In this document: positions 17,624-29,100 of the stretch, one piece after another
Layout: each line of letters starts with the position of its first letter
Position numbering within the stretch: position 1 is the stretch's first letter
Assembly: GCA_051532035.1 (NCBI GenBank)
Contig: JAOPTW010000048.1
Coordinates: forward strand, 1 to 46,396
Length of the DNA: 46,396 bases
Source: Fibrobacterales bacterium
GTDB taxonomy: Bacteria > Fibrobacterota > Fibrobacteria > Fibrobacterales > JAOPTW01
Direction: 5' to 3'
The notes under the pieces: model-generated
What the model saw: the letters and a program-made list of their open reading frames with translations, nothing else
Database searches by the model: none
Told to the model about the DNA's origin: nothing
Position numbers and translations under genes: made by a program

Positions 17624-19082
17624 ACAATTATTTCTTTTTATTCTCATTCTCAGCAGTACTTCTCTTACTGCCGGAACAGTTATTCAGACAGCAGATACCA
17701 CAGCCCAAGGTTTTTCCTTCAGAGATACCACCTTTAATGGTCTCCCCTATTTTTCATCTGAGGCGCTTCTCCATACCGATAATTTTACTGCTCAGAAGTG
17801 GTTTCCCTTTAAAGAGAAATTAGCGCTTAAGTCCGAAACGGGAATTTTGCAACTGACTCACAATAGTAGGTTTTTACTGTTTGGTGATGATAGTCTTATT
17901 GTGGTTGATGAACCACCCCTCTATGTAAATGATCAATTGTGGCTCCCCCTATCAATTGTGCCTTCCATCAATCCTTTTCTTAGAAATCAATTATCTTTTA
18001 TTAATGATAGTACCCTCACCTTTGCAGGTGGTAAAGGGTTGCTCTCACTTAATGTAATAGAAAAGAGTAATGGGACACTTGTAGAATTGCAGTTTGCCCG
18101 TAGTTATAATTTTGATAAATGGTTTCACGCTCCTCACTACATTCTTAGGTTTATTGGTCTTGATATTAATCCCGAACTCTGGAAGCGGTCATTTAGTAAG
18201 GGTTTAATTAAGAAAATAATCCCCGTTAAAGAAAGTGAACTCGCTCAACTTACTTTTGAAATGCGCCCTAATTTAGATGAGATAGAATTACTTAAGAGTA
18301 ATGACAATAAAAAGTTACGCATATTGTTTCGAAAAAAAAATCAAGTGAAAAGTACTCCTGTAAAGAAAGTGCCTAAACGCAAAATTAAAAACATAATTAT
18401 TGATGCGGGTCATGGTGGCAGAGACCCTGGGGCACAAGGTTTACGATATAACGAGAAAGATATTTCACTAAAAGTTGCTAAGAAGTTGGAAAAGATCCTT
18501 AAGAAAAAAGGATATAATCCAATTTTGACCCGTAAAAAGGATGTCTATCTGACACTCAAACAGCGTCCAGAATTTGCCACCAAGCATGAAGGTGATATGT
18601 TTATTTCTTTGCACTGTAATGCTATTGGCGGAACACCTCGAAAGAAACAACGAGTGCGTGGCTTTAAGATGTATATACTGAGGGCGGCAAAATCTGAAGA
18701 TGATAAAGCAATAGCTCGACGTGAAAATGCTGCTATTGAAGAGGTATCTCATGGGAGTAAAAAAGAGATTACCCCTGTAGAGTGGATTCTTTTGGAACAT
18801 CAGCTCAACCTCTTTACTAAAGAAAGTGAGCAATTAGCGGGGCATTTGGTTGAAAGCTTTTCTGACCATCAAAGTGGTGTTAGGAAAATGGGTTATGGAG
18901 CAGGCCAGGCCGGTTTTTATGTACTCGTTGGGGCTTTTATGCCGGCGGTACTCATAGAGATGGGCTTTATCTCTAATCCTAAAGAAGAGGTCTATATGGG
19001 ATCTGAAAGTGGTTCAAGTGACCTTGCTGAGTCTATTTATAAAGCAATTCATCAATACAAAAATGAGATTGAAAACCTTTAG
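17604..19082 (+). CDS. N-acetylmuramoyl-L-alanine amidase (Amidase_3, AmiC-like)
   Basis: Signal peptide; IDAGHGGRDPGA, EKDI, FISLHCNA, MPAVLIEMGFISN. Confidence 0.92.
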   Translation: MLLSSIKQLFLFILILSSTSLTAGTVIQTADTTAQGFSFRDTTFNGLPYFSSEALLHTDNFTAQKWFPFKEKLALKSETGILQLTHNSRFLLFGDDSLIVVDEPPLYVNDQLWLPLSIVPSINPFLRNQLSFINDSTLTFAGGKGLLSLNVIEKSNGTLVELQFARSYNFDKWFHAPHYILRFIGLDINPELWKRSFSKGLIKKIIPVKESELAQLTFEMRPNLDEIELLKSNDNKKLRILFRKKNQVKSTPVKKVPKRKIKNIIIDAGHGGRDPGAQGLRYNEKDISLKVAKKLEKILKKKGYNPILTRKKDVYLTLKQRPEFATKHEGDMFISLHCNAIGGTPRKKQRVRGFKMYILRAAKSEDDKAIARRENAAIEEVSHGSKKEITPVEWILLEHQLNLFTKESEQLAGHLVESFSDHQSGVRKMGYGAGQAGFYVLVGAFMPAVLIEMGFISNPKEEVYMGSESGSSDLAESIYKAIHQYKNEIENL

Positions 19083-19202
19083 ACTATCGATCCAATAAAT
19101 TGGAGAGTAGTATCAAGGTATGCTCAGGCAATTCTTCACACAAATACCGCTAAATTTGCTCAAAAATTGTTATGTTTCTAAAAAAAACTAAAAGGTTATC
19201 GT

Positions 19203-19931
19203 ATGTCTGGACATTCCAAATGGGCTACCATTAAACGTAAGAAGGCTAAAACTGATTCTGCGCGTGCAGGTCAATGGAATAAACTGATTAAAGAGATCGC
19301 TGTAGCTGCCAAAATGGGTGGTGGTGATCCTGATTCAAATACGCGTCTTCGTGCTGCTATTATCAAAGCTAAAGGCCAGTCAATGCCTTCTAAAAATATT
19401 GAAAGTGCGATTAAAAAAGGATTAGGGAGTACCGATTCTGCCGAGATGGATGAACTCATGTATGAGGGTTATGGACCAGAAGGCACAGCTATTATCGTAA
19501 AGTCGCTCACAGATAACAAAACAAGAACAGTGGCAGATGTCCGTAATTGTTTTAATAAGAATGGTGGAAACATGGGTGAGCCTGGTTCCGTATCTTGGGG
19601 ATTTGATAACAAAGGTGTTATCATAATCACTGAAGATAAAATAGGTGAAGAAGAGCTATTTGACCTAATTATAGAAGCCGGTGGTGACGACCTCGTTGCA
19701 GAAGAAGGCATTTATGAAATTTCAACTACTCCAGAAGATTTTCTCAATGTTATGAAATCTATTGAAGAAAAAGGAATTGAAGTTGAATCGGCAGAAATGA
19801 CATACGTCGCTCAAAACCCTGTTAAAGTAAGTGCTGCTGTTGGCGCGAAATTAATGAAAATTGTTGATAAACTCGAAGATAACGAAGATGTGCAAGATGT
19901 ATATCATAACGCTGAGTTTGATGAAGAGTAA
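19203..19931 (+). CDS. yebC: YebC/PmpR-family protein
   Basis: MSGHSKWATIKRKK, YEGYGP, LTDNKTRT, DVQDVYHN; adjacent to ruvC. Confidence 0.95.
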   Translation: MSGHSKWATIKRKKAKTDSARAGQWNKLIKEIAVAAKMGGGDPDSNTRLRAAIIKAKGQSMPSKNIESAIKKGLGSTDSAEMDELMYEGYGPEGTAIIVKSLTDNKTRTVADVRNCFNKNGGNMGEPGSVSWGFDNKGVIIITEDKIGEEELFDLIIEAGGDDLVAEEGIYEISTTPEDFLNVMKSIEEKGIEVESAEMTYVAQNPVKVSAAVGAKLMKIVDKLEDNEDVQDVYHNAEFDEE

Positions 19932-19933
19932 CT

Positions 19934-20410
19934 GTGATAATCCTTGGAATTGACCCCGGCTCTCATACCACCGGTTATGCTTTTTTGAACAAAAATGGTT
20001 CAACATTGTCAGTATTGGAGTATGGTGTGCTTAAGGCGAAACCGAAAGACTCACTCATGGAGAGACTCCATACCATTGTGCCCGCTCTAGAGTTGTTAAT
20101 TAAAGAATATTCCCCTTCCCTGCTTGCCATGGAAGGGATTTTTTTTGCTAAAAATGCGAAGTCTGCCCTTATACTTGGCCATGTACGGGGTGCAATTATG
20201 GCTAAATGTAGTGAATTTAATATGCAGTATCGTGAATTTGCTCCTAAGAGTGTTAAAATGACGGTGACTGGCCGCGGAGCAGCTTCCAAGGAACAGGTGG
20301 GTGAAATGCTCAAGAGACTACTTGGGCTGAAAGAGGTACCCAAACCCATCGATGCATCTGATGCCTTGGCTGTGGCCTGGACCGGAGCATTGAACAAGGA
20401 GATTGTATGA
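19934..20410 (+). CDS. ruvC: Holliday junction resolvase
   Basis: ILGIDPG, VKMTVTGRGAASKEQV, DASDALAVA. Confidence 0.95.
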   Translation: MIILGIDPGSHTTGYAFLNKNGSTLSVLEYGVLKAKPKDSLMERLHTIVPALELLIKEYSPSLLAMEGIFFAKNAKSALILGHVRGAIMAKCSEFNMQYREFAPKSVKMTVTGRGAASKEQVGEMLKRLLGLKEVPKPIDASDALAVAWTGALNKEIV

Positions 20411-20988
20411 TTGAACATTTAACTGGTACACTCATTGAAGTAGCACCAACCCATCTCGTGATTTCGGTGGCTGGTACGGGATATGGGCTTGATGTCTCTC
20501 TTACGACAGGCTCTCATTATAGTATTTTAGGTGAGTCAGTGTCTATTTTTACCTATCTTCATGTGAAGGAAGATCAGCTTCACCTCTTTGGTTTTTACAC
20601 GCGACAAGAGCGAGAAGTCTTTTTGGCGCTCATTGGTATATCGGGTATAGGGCCAAAAATGGCTCAACGAATTTTATCTGAAGCAACGCCTGGTCAACTT
20701 GCGCACATTGTTGCGGATGAAGATCTTATTGCGCTCAATAAATTTAAAGGTGTCGGTAAAAAGACAGCGTCTCTTTTATTAATTCATCTTAAAGCTTCTT
20801 TCGCTAAGATGAACCTTTTTGAGGAACTTACCGCAACTGCTTCGGTTGATAGTGAAGCCGTAATGGCACTGGTTGCACTTGGTGTAAAAGATAATGCAGC
20901 CAAGAAAGCGATTGAAAGCGCTGCTAAAGTACTGGGAAAAAGTGCGACGGTACAAGAGCTTATTACCGAGGGACTTAAACGAGTATGA
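20407..20988 (+). CDS. ruvA: Holliday junction branch migration protein A
   Basis: HVKED..LFGF, ISGIGPK, GVGKKTA HhH motifs; ATGA overlap. Confidence 0.95.
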   Translation: MIEHLTGTLIEVAPTHLVISVAGTGYGLDVSLTTGSHYSILGESVSIFTYLHVKEDQLHLFGFYTRQEREVFLALIGISGIGPKMAQRILSEATPGQLAHIVADEDLIALNKFKGVGKKTASLLLIHLKASFAKMNLFEELTATASVDSEAVMALVALGVKDNAAKKAIESAAKVLGKSATVQELITEGLKRV

Positions 20989-22016
20989 ATGAGAGAATAA
21001 TAGCACCGGATCAGCTCAGTAATGAGACCACTAATGATCTCTCTCTTCGACCAAAGTCTATCGCTGATTTTGTCGGGCAAGAGGCACTGAAAGAAAACTT
21101 ACAAATATCTATTACTGCAGCAAAGCAGCGTAAAGAAGCCCTTGACCATTCGCTATTTGCGGGGCCACCAGGCCTTGGTAAAACTACTCTTGCAGGGATT
21201 ATTGCCCATGAAATGGAGGCAGAACTCCATGTAACATCTGGTCCTGTACTTGATAAAGCTTCAGATCTAGCAGGGTTACTCACCAACTTAAATAGAGGTG
21301 ATGTTCTGTTTATTGACGAAATTCATAGAATGCCTCGAGTCGTTGAGGAGTACCTTTACTCGGCTATGGAAGATTTTCGTTTAGATATTATGCTCGAAAG
21401 TGGCCCTGCAGCCAAGAGTGTTAATTTACCCCTCGAACGGTTTACATTGATTGGAGCTACGACGCGTTCAGGTATGCTCACCTCCCCTCTCCGCGATCGG
21501 TTTGGACTGAGTTTTAGAATGGAGATGTATACTGGTGCTGAAATAATTCACATCCTTAAACGCTCGGCTGCACTTCTTAATATTGCTATAGAAGACAGTG
21601 CGGCAGAGACTCTGTCCCGACTTTGTCGAGGGACTCCTCGAATTGCAAATCGAATACTTCGTCGTTGTAGAGATGTTGCACAGGTTAAGGGAGATGGCGT
21701 TATCACTTCTGATATTGCCCACAAAACGGTGACGATGCTTGGAATTGATTCTCGTGGGCTCGATGAGATGGATCGAAAGATTTTAAAAACCATAATTTCA
21801 AAATTTAATGGTGGACCGGTGGGGCTCTCTACAATCGGAGCTGCTATTGGTGAAGAGGCCGATACTCTTGAAGAAGTGTATGAGCCTTATTTGATCCAAC
21901 AGGGGTATATAAAGCGGACCTCACGAGGCCGTGTTGCTACTAAAAATGGTTATTCAGTCCTGAATTTGGACGCTCTTTTTAGAGGACTTGATGAACAGGA
22001 AGATCTGTTTAATTAA
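20985..22016 (+). CDS. ruvB: Holliday junction branch migration helicase B
   Basis: LRP, GPPGLGKTT, FIDEIHR, GATTR, RGTPR, EPYL. Confidence 0.97.
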   Translation: MNERIIAPDQLSNETTNDLSLRPKSIADFVGQEALKENLQISITAAKQRKEALDHSLFAGPPGLGKTTLAGIIAHEMEAELHVTSGPVLDKASDLAGLLTNLNRGDVLFIDEIHRMPRVVEEYLYSAMEDFRLDIMLESGPAAKSVNLPLERFTLIGATTRSGMLTSPLRDRFGLSFRMEMYTGAEIIHILKRSAALLNIAIEDSAAETLSRLCRGTPRIANRILRRCRDVAQVKGDGVITSDIAHKTVTMLGIDSRGLDEMDRKILKTIISKFNGGPVGLSTIGAAIGEEADTLEEVYEPYLIQQGYIKRTSRGRVATKNGYSVLNLDALFRGLDEQEDLFN

Positions 22017-22019
22017 AGG

Positions 22020-22048
22020 TTGACTCTTGAGTCATATAATGATAAAAT
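22020..22048 (+). promoter_or_regulatory. Sigma70 promoter overlapped by a palindromic operator
   Basis: TTGACT-17 nt-TAAAAT; TGACTC-TT-GAGTCA palindrome at 22021-22034. Confidence 0.55.
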
Positions 22049-22080
22049 TTTTGTGACCGTATATAGGGACAAGGATTATC

Positions 22081-22536
22081 ATGACATTGGCGGCACGATT
22101 AAAAGGGATCAATATCTTGCAAGATCTAGATGAGCAAGAATTGATCTACATTTCTGATATCTGTAAAGTAAGACAATATAAAACTGAAGAGATAATATTT
22201 GAAGAAGGTTCAAATGGCAATGAATTGTATTTTATCTTAAATGGTTCTGTAGGTCTTGAAATGTCCAAATATGATGGTACTGGCTTTAATAAATTTTGTA
22301 CACTCCCTACTAATGAAGTGGTTGGTGATCTCGCTTTTATAGATGGGGTTGCTCGCAGCTCGCGTGCGGTTGCGCTTGGGGTGCAAGATATAGCATTTAT
22401 AGGTCGAGATGAACTCTATGGCTGTTTTGCTGATAATCCTCATGTTGGATATTTAGTAATGAAGCGACTCTGTGAGTTGGTTTCAAAGAGGCTACGGCTT
22501 ACCAATAATATGGTTAAAAGTTCTTTAGAAATATAG
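22081..22536 (+). CDS. Stand-alone cyclic nucleotide-binding domain protein
   Basis: IFEEGSNGNELYFILNGSV, GDLAFIDGVARSSRAVA; no C-terminal HTH. Confidence 0.85.
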   Translation: MTLAARLKGINILQDLDEQELIYISDICKVRQYKTEEIIFEEGSNGNELYFILNGSVGLEMSKYDGTGFNKFCTLPTNEVVGDLAFIDGVARSSRAVALGVQDIAFIGRDELYGCFADNPHVGYLVMKRLCELVSKRLRLTNNMVKSSLEI

Positions 22537-22736
22537 TCCGAAAATTATCACAGTACAACTTCTAAACTATTATATGGCACTACTCCCTATTCAATTTCTG
22601 ATTGGTCCTACTGACTTATACTGAAAAAATAAATATGTAATGATTTTAAAAAATAAATCTGTTGCTCTGTCATATGGAATACTTTTGACTAAATTGTTAT
22701 TACCAGTAAACCCACCTTTTTAAAATAGGAATATCA

Positions 22737-24140
22737 ATGAAACCAGCTGACGTAATTAAATTAGCCCAAGATAACGATGTAAAATTTGTTGACCTACTGT
22801 TCGGTGACATGTTTGGATCACTCCAGCATTTTACGCTCCCTATTGGCGACCTCAACGAAGATCTGTTCGTAGATGGTGCTGCTTTTGATGGTTCATCTAT
22901 TAGAGGATGGAAGTCAATTGATAAATCTGATATGCTCATGATGCCTGATCCGGCTTCAGCATTCATTGATCCCTTTTCAAAGTTTTCGACGGTTTGTTTG
23001 TTCTGCACGATACTCGAGCCACGAACCGGCGCCTATTATGATAGAGACCCACGCTCAATCGCCTCAAAATCAATTGAATACTTAACAGGTCAAGGTATTG
23101 GTGACACTGCATTCTTTGGTCCAGAGCCAGAGTTTTTCATATTTGATTCCGTACGCTATGTTTCTGAACCAAATTCTTCTTTTTATGCCATAGAGTCTGG
23201 AGAATCACCTTGGTCAACGGCTGACGAAGGCTCACTGGGACACACCATTCCTTGGAAAGGTGGATACTCTCCCGTATCTCCTAATGATTCACTTGCTGAC
23301 CTTCGTTGCGAAATTGCTCTGAATATGGAGTCAATGGGTATCACCACTGAAGTGCACCATCACGAAGTGGGAACTGCGGGGCAGTGTGAAGTAGGTACGC
23401 GTTATGGTACAATCATCGCTGCTGCAGATCAAGTACACAAACTTAAATACGCTGTTAAAAATACCGCTGCAGCATACGGTAAATCGGCGACATTTATGCC
23501 TAAACCGTTGTTTGGTGATAATGGAAATGGCATGCATGTCCATACATCTATCCGCAAAGGTGATGTAAATATATTTGCAGGTGATGGATATGCTAACATG
23601 TCACAAGAAGCGCTTTGGGCTATCGGTGGTATCCTCAAGCATGGGCGCTCTATTCAAGCTTTTACTAACCCTTCTGTTAATTCATACAGAAGACTTGTTC
23701 CTGGCTATGAAGCCCCCGTAACTCTTGCATACTCAGCAACAAACCGCTCTGCATCTATCCGTATTCCTCATGTGAATGCAGATATTGCGCGTCGGTTTGA
23801 GTTCCGTTGTCCTGATGCATCTGGTTCACCGTATCTTGCTTTTTCTGCTATACTTATGGCGATGATAGACGGTGTTAAAAACCAAATTGACCCAGGTGAA
23901 GCAATGGATAAAAATATCTATGATCTTCCTGCTGAAGAACTTGCAAAAATGACTGCAACTTGTGGTTCACTTGAAGAAGCTCTTACCGAACTTGAAGGTG
24001 ATATGGACTGGCTCGTAGCGGGCGATGTTTTCACCCCTGATATGATTGAAGCGTACATTGAGTACAAGCGTGAAAATGAAATACTCCCAATGAAACTTCG
24101 TCCTAATCCATTAGAATTTGAGCTCTACTATAGTTGCTAA
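22737..24140 (+). CDS. glnA: Glutamine synthetase type I (adenylylation-regulated GSI-beta)
   Basis: FDGSSI, HHEVG, TFMPKP..GDNGNGMH, RLVPGYEAP, NRSASIRIP; adenylylation site MDKNIYDLP. Confidence 0.97.
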   Translation: MKPADVIKLAQDNDVKFVDLLFGDMFGSLQHFTLPIGDLNEDLFVDGAAFDGSSIRGWKSIDKSDMLMMPDPASAFIDPFSKFSTVCLFCTILEPRTGAYYDRDPRSIASKSIEYLTGQGIGDTAFFGPEPEFFIFDSVRYVSEPNSSFYAIESGESPWSTADEGSLGHTIPWKGGYSPVSPNDSLADLRCEIALNMESMGITTEVHHHEVGTAGQCEVGTRYGTIIAAADQVHKLKYAVKNTAAAYGKSATFMPKPLFGDNGNGMHVHTSIRKGDVNIFAGDGYANMSQEALWAIGGILKHGRSIQAFTNPSVNSYRRLVPGYEAPVTLAYSATNRSASIRIPHVNADIARRFEFRCPDASGSPYLAFSAILMAMIDGVKNQIDPGEAMDKNIYDLPAEELAKMTATCGSLEEALTELEGDMDWLVAGDVFTPDMIEAYIEYKRENEILPMKLRPNPLEFELYYSC

Positions 24141-24166
24141 CATTCAATAATTATAAACGTTATGCT

Positions 24167-24194
24167 GGCCATCTCAATTGAGGTGGCCTTTTTT
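24167..24194 (+). terminator. Intrinsic terminator after glnA
   Basis: GGCCATCTC-AATT-GAGGTGGCC followed by T6. Confidence 0.85.
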
Positions 24195-24224
24195 ATTTTA
24201 AATATTAATCGAGTGTAAAATCTA

Positions 24225-26069
24225 CTATATAGGGATTGAAAGAGTAAACTGTGCCCCCTTCCCTATTCCGTCGCTGTGTACTGTAAGATTTCCATCCATT
24301 TCTTGCGCATAGTTTGCGCATGAATGGAGTCCAAATCCATGACCATCTTCTTTAGTGGTAAATCCATGAGTAAAGATCTGAGTTAAATGCTCTTTTTTGA
24401 TTCCGACACCACTATCTGTAATACGTATCAGTATAAAGGTTCCTGATTGTTCACTGGTAAGGCTCAGTACTCTATTTGATTCAGGGGAAAGTTTAAGGGC
24501 GTCAATAGCATTGTTAAGAAGATTAAGGAGTATATGAATCACTTTACTTTTCTGAAGTTCAATTGTAGGGATTTGAGCAAAATCAGTCTTTAACTCAATG
24601 TTATTATGCTCAATAGTGTTCGCTACAATATTCAATACATCGAGTAACAGATGGTCAATATGAGAATCTTCGAGGAGATAGCTTTGTTTGGCATAGTCCT
24701 GTTGACTTTTTATAACTTCAACAGTTGCCTTAGTTTTTTCCTTCATTCTATTGAGTTCGATACCGAGCTGTTCAATTTTACTGTTGTAGAGAGTTTCTAG
24801 CTCTATAAGGTATAGAATGAGTTTATCACCTTGTGGGGAATCAAAAAATTGGTGAAGTGTCCCCGCCTCCTTTTCTTTCAGTATGAGGCTATTCACCATT
24901 GTAAGTTTAGAAAAGTCTCCATCGAGTATACTCTGCTCAATATGTTCTGCAGAGATAAATACACTGGTAAGTATATTTCCGACATTGTGAAGTGCGCCAG
25001 TGGCTACTTCAGCCATCCCCGCTTTATGTGCTTGGTTAACGAGCTCTTCTTGAGTGTTCAGGAGTTCATTTGTTTTTTCGTTTACCATTTTTTCGAGGTT
25101 TTTTCGATATTCTACAAGCTCTATCTCATTATTTTTTCGTTCATCAATATCCTGTACAACGGCCATTATGACTTTTTTATTATGAAGATCAATTAATTTT
25201 AGAGAAATATAAGACCAAAATAGTGTTCCATCATTTCGTTTTGAACGCCATTCAAGTTTAACTTCGTTTTGGGCGCTAATCTTTTGTAAGGCGGTCTCTT
25301 GCATTCGTTCTTTAGTATAGCCTTCTTCGACTCCAGAAAAAGTATTAGGGTCTTTCGTCAATAAATCATTCTGGCTGCATTGTAACATGTCTAGAATAGT
25401 TTGATTGCAGTCAATCACTTTACCTGTTACAAGATCATTGATCATGATACCCGTAACAGATGAATTAAAGAGGGCTTTATAATTCTGTTCTTGGTCTCGA
25501 GTAGTTATGTACGCTTGATTGAGTGTGTGAGTTATAAAACGAGTAATTGTCGCAACCATTATGAAAGAGACTGGTACCATAGTAATGTCAACAATATCAG
25601 AGTGGTCACTCATTCTATTAACAATAACACCTTTATATTCCAATATGCCTAGAGTCAGTAAAAATAATGCATTGATTACAATAACAAACCCAAATGAGGC
25701 ACGAGATAAAAAGAGACTGATACAGAGCAACCCTATTGGGAATAAGATAACGGCAGTGTCATGTATACCATCATTGAGTAAGAGCGCTGTATCGACAATG
25801 AGAAGCAGAAACAGTGCAAGGAGAAATACGACTGTCCCCGTATACCCTTTTGTCGCTAAGACTTTCATTGCTATTAAAAATGGAAGGGTAATGCAGATGA
25901 GAATCGATGTCGGAGAGATTATTGAGCCATCAAGAGCTGTAGATCCCCATATTATAATTGACCCCCAAATGAGTATTTGTAAAAGGAGTTCAAGCCTAAA
26001 ATGATTCAAAATCAGGTCGAGATTGGGGTTACCCAACTTTCTAAATACGGTATCAATTTTTTTCAGCAT
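24225..26069 (-). CDS. Membrane PAS-domain sensor histidine kinase
   Basis: N-terminal TM helices; PAS/PAC (RNDGTLFW, VQDI); H-box LHNVGN; NLLNNA, DSGVG, FTTK, GFGL. Confidence 0.9.
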   Translation of the reverse strand: MLKKIDTVFRKLGNPNLDLILNHFRLELLLQILIWGSIIIWGSTALDGSIISPTSILICITLPFLIAMKVLATKGYTGTVVFLLALFLLLIVDTALLLNDGIHDTAVILFPIGLLCISLFLSRASFGFVIVINALFLLTLGILEYKGVIVNRMSDHSDIVDITMVPVSFIMVATITRFITHTLNQAYITTRDQEQNYKALFNSSVTGIMINDLVTGKVIDCNQTILDMLQCSQNDLLTKDPNTFSGVEEGYTKERMQETALQKISAQNEVKLEWRSKRNDGTLFWSYISLKLIDLHNKKVIMAVVQDIDERKNNEIELVEYRKNLEKMVNEKTNELLNTQEELVNQAHKAGMAEVATGALHNVGNILTSVFISAEHIEQSILDGDFSKLTMVNSLILKEKEAGTLHQFFDSPQGDKLILYLIELETLYNSKIEQLGIELNRMKEKTKATVEVIKSQQDYAKQSYLLEDSHIDHLLLDVLNIVANTIEHNNIELKTDFAQIPTIELQKSKVIHILLNLLNNAIDALKLSPESNRVLSLTSEQSGTFILIRITDSGVGIKKEHLTQIFTHGFTTKEDGHGFGLHSCANYAQEMDGNLTVHSDGIGKGAQFTLSIPI

Positions 26070-26123
26070 ACTGTTATCATTGAGTATACCATAAAGCCTA
26101 TGAGTATACTATGAAAACATGGT

Positions 26124-29100
26124 TTAATACACTCTCTCTGGAAATATTTGGTGAGATATTTTGATAATTGCATTTCGCGATTGAGCATAATCCTCTAGAA
26201 ATCTTTCACGGATATGGTGTTTGTGAATATCTCGATAATTGAGCTTAAAGGCAATGAGTCTTAGCTCTTCATCTGAATCAGGGAGTAGGTGAAGTTGCTG
26301 AAGGCCATTAATTTGTAAAGTGTGCTCAATTGCTCTTAAAAATGAGTAATGTTCCGAAAGTTCATCACATTCAGTATGGGTGATAATTAAATGTTGACTT
26401 AAAATAAACAGTGCCTTTAGGGTGTTCCCTGTTACGAGTTCAGGGTATTGACTTCCATGGATTACTTGAAGGCGTTGAACATAAAACTCAATCGTGCGGA
26501 TTCCACCGGGACCATTTTTAACCTCTCGCTCCAAAAGTGAATCTTTTGCAAGGGAATCGAGGACAATGTATCTCAGCTTTTCCATACTCGTTTGAATGGT
26601 TGATAGTCGCTTCGGTTCAAAGAGTATGGCTTGTATCTCTTCTATAAGGCGTATACCTTCAGAATAATTTCCACAGAGTGGTGCTGCTTTTAACCATATT
26701 TGAAGTTCCCAGCCTTGGGCTTCATTGGTATAGTAATCCACATAATGCTTTCGAATCGCCAGCATCGCTCCTTGTGCACCGTATGGTCTGAGATTGGTGT
26801 CAACTCTAAAAAGCTGACCAAATGGTGAGGACTCATGGAGAGCTTTAATAAATCTATTGTTTATTTTTTCTAAAATTGTTCGCTCATCTCGACTTATATC
26901 AGTATCAACGACAACAAAAAGAATATCTATGTCGGATGAATAGTTGAGCTCGTGTCCACCCAGTTTACCCATTGCAATTACAATCTGGCTATTGGATAGA
27001 TGCGAGTACCCCATCATTTGAAAGGTGTAGTGGTAGATTGCGTTGCAAATAGCGTATGAAAGGTCAGAAATTTCTGAGACTATTTGGCCAAGAGAGCTGT
27101 TGAGATAACTATCTCGCAATGATATTCGAATATATTCATCATTACGATATTGACGAATACGGTTTAAGAATTCGTCATGATCGTCTACAAAGGGAGCGCA
27201 CTTTGATACAATGTCTTTGGTAAACTGGTCGTATGGCTTCTTGACTTTGAGGTTTCCTGAATCAATTAACTTGTGGAGTATTTCTGGGTCGTTGGTATAG
27301 ACGTTCGCTAAAAAATCACTTTGAGCAAATAGGTGCAGAAGCATTTCGAGATAAGAGGTGTCATTCGAAATGGCTAAAATGAGCTGGCTTAAGTCCTCAG
27401 TTGTGTTTTTCAGAAGGTATTCAAGGTTCATTACAATTTTTTCAGCAGCAGGAGAGCGTTTTAAATATTTCTCCATGAGAGCATACAGGCTTAAAAGAAG
27501 TGGCATCTGTGCCTGGTTTTCTTTGAGTATCCGTTTGAGAATGCTGAGGGTTTTATTTTGTGTCGAGAGTTCAAGCCGTTGTAAAATGTGTTCTATTTTG
27601 AGTGGGGTTAGTTCTTCGGTAACCGCATCGACTAGGCCAGGAAGGTAGGCTTCGGCGCTTTTATAATTGGGATTGAATATGGAGTCATAAAAGAGGGCGT
27701 TATTATAACTGTAATACTCTATATCGCCCTGAAGAGTACTGTAATGGGATTCAGTTCTTCGGTATTTCATGCGGCGGGACAGAAAGAGGAATTCGGAACT
27801 TTCTGTTGGCGGGAGTTCAAGATCTTTAGCGTTTCCTGAAGTAACTCGTAAGTTGTTAATGAGGCGATGAAAAAAGGCGTATCCATTAAATAGTTTTTCA
27901 TAGAGAGAAGCGGAAATGAGTTCTTTATTAAGAAGAATAATCATCACTCCAGGAATATTAGTATAGCGGAGCTCTGGGATAGACCTTCCGTGGAGTACTT
28001 GGAGGTACTGAATGGGATATTCAATATCAACCAATCCTCCTCGAGAAATCTTTGCATTAAAACTATTGGGTTTGGTGAGATGTGCTATCTGTTTTTGTCG
28101 AAGTTCGTAGAGTGGTTGACTCTTAATATGGTAGGTATCATAAAGAATAGTATCACGTATCGTGAGGATCTCTTTTTGAAAAGAGTCGTTACGGGTAATG
28201 ATCCGGGTTTTGGTAAGGGCTAGCTTTTCATAGGAGAGTGTAGACTCCTTCTCAAGATAATACTCTTTCCAGCGCCTGAGGCTACAGGCAAGGGCCCCCT
28301 TTTCCCCATCAGGACGTAAACGAAGGTCGAGATCAAATATTCCCTCTTTTTTAGCTTTAAAGCTTCGGGTAAAGAGCTCTATCATTCTATTAAAGAACTC
28401 TTGATTTGATGCAGGGGTTCGCCCTCCACTGCACTGTTGATTCTCTTTATATAGAAATACGAGTTCGAGATCCGAAGCGTAGCCCATTTCGACAGAGCCA
28501 TATTTTCCAAGGCCTATAAATGCATAGGGACAGGATTGTTGGTTATATCGTGGTGACCCATATCGTTCTTTTGTTTTTTCGTAACAACAATCAAGCATTG
28601 CTGCAATTATTACATCGGCGAGTTGAGATAACTTTTGCGAAAAAATTGAGAAATTTACTCTATTGAGCATTTGATGAGAAAGCTCTAACCGTAAGAGTTC
28701 ATTGTCTTTAAATGAATTAATTCTAATTATTTTCTCGTCAAAATCAAGCTCAGCGCTGAGAGTATCCCAGAGCTCCATGGTGAGGGTATCTTTTGACTTA
28801 ATACGTTGTAATTCCTTAATATTCTTAAAAAGCGGAAGAAGGTTTTCTTGCTGGTTCTTTGTGAAATCTTCCCAGACACTATTACCTGAACCAAAAAGTT
28901 TAGCCATATGTTCGAGGATCGTTTCAGAATTATTTTTGAGATACTCAAAATCGTTTTGATCATCCTGGAGGTAGTTTTTGAGAAAGGAATAGAAGTGTTG
29001 AATGGAACTGCTGTAATCCGAGGCTTGCGGAAGGTAGGTAAAAAATTGTTTTATAAGGGCGACAGAAACTTTAATTTTTTGAAGTTCATTTTGTTGAGTT

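Noticed and set aside
22574..22692. Possible sigma54 promoter before glnA (TGGCAC; TGGAAT)
   Set aside because: Neither has the required GC at -12
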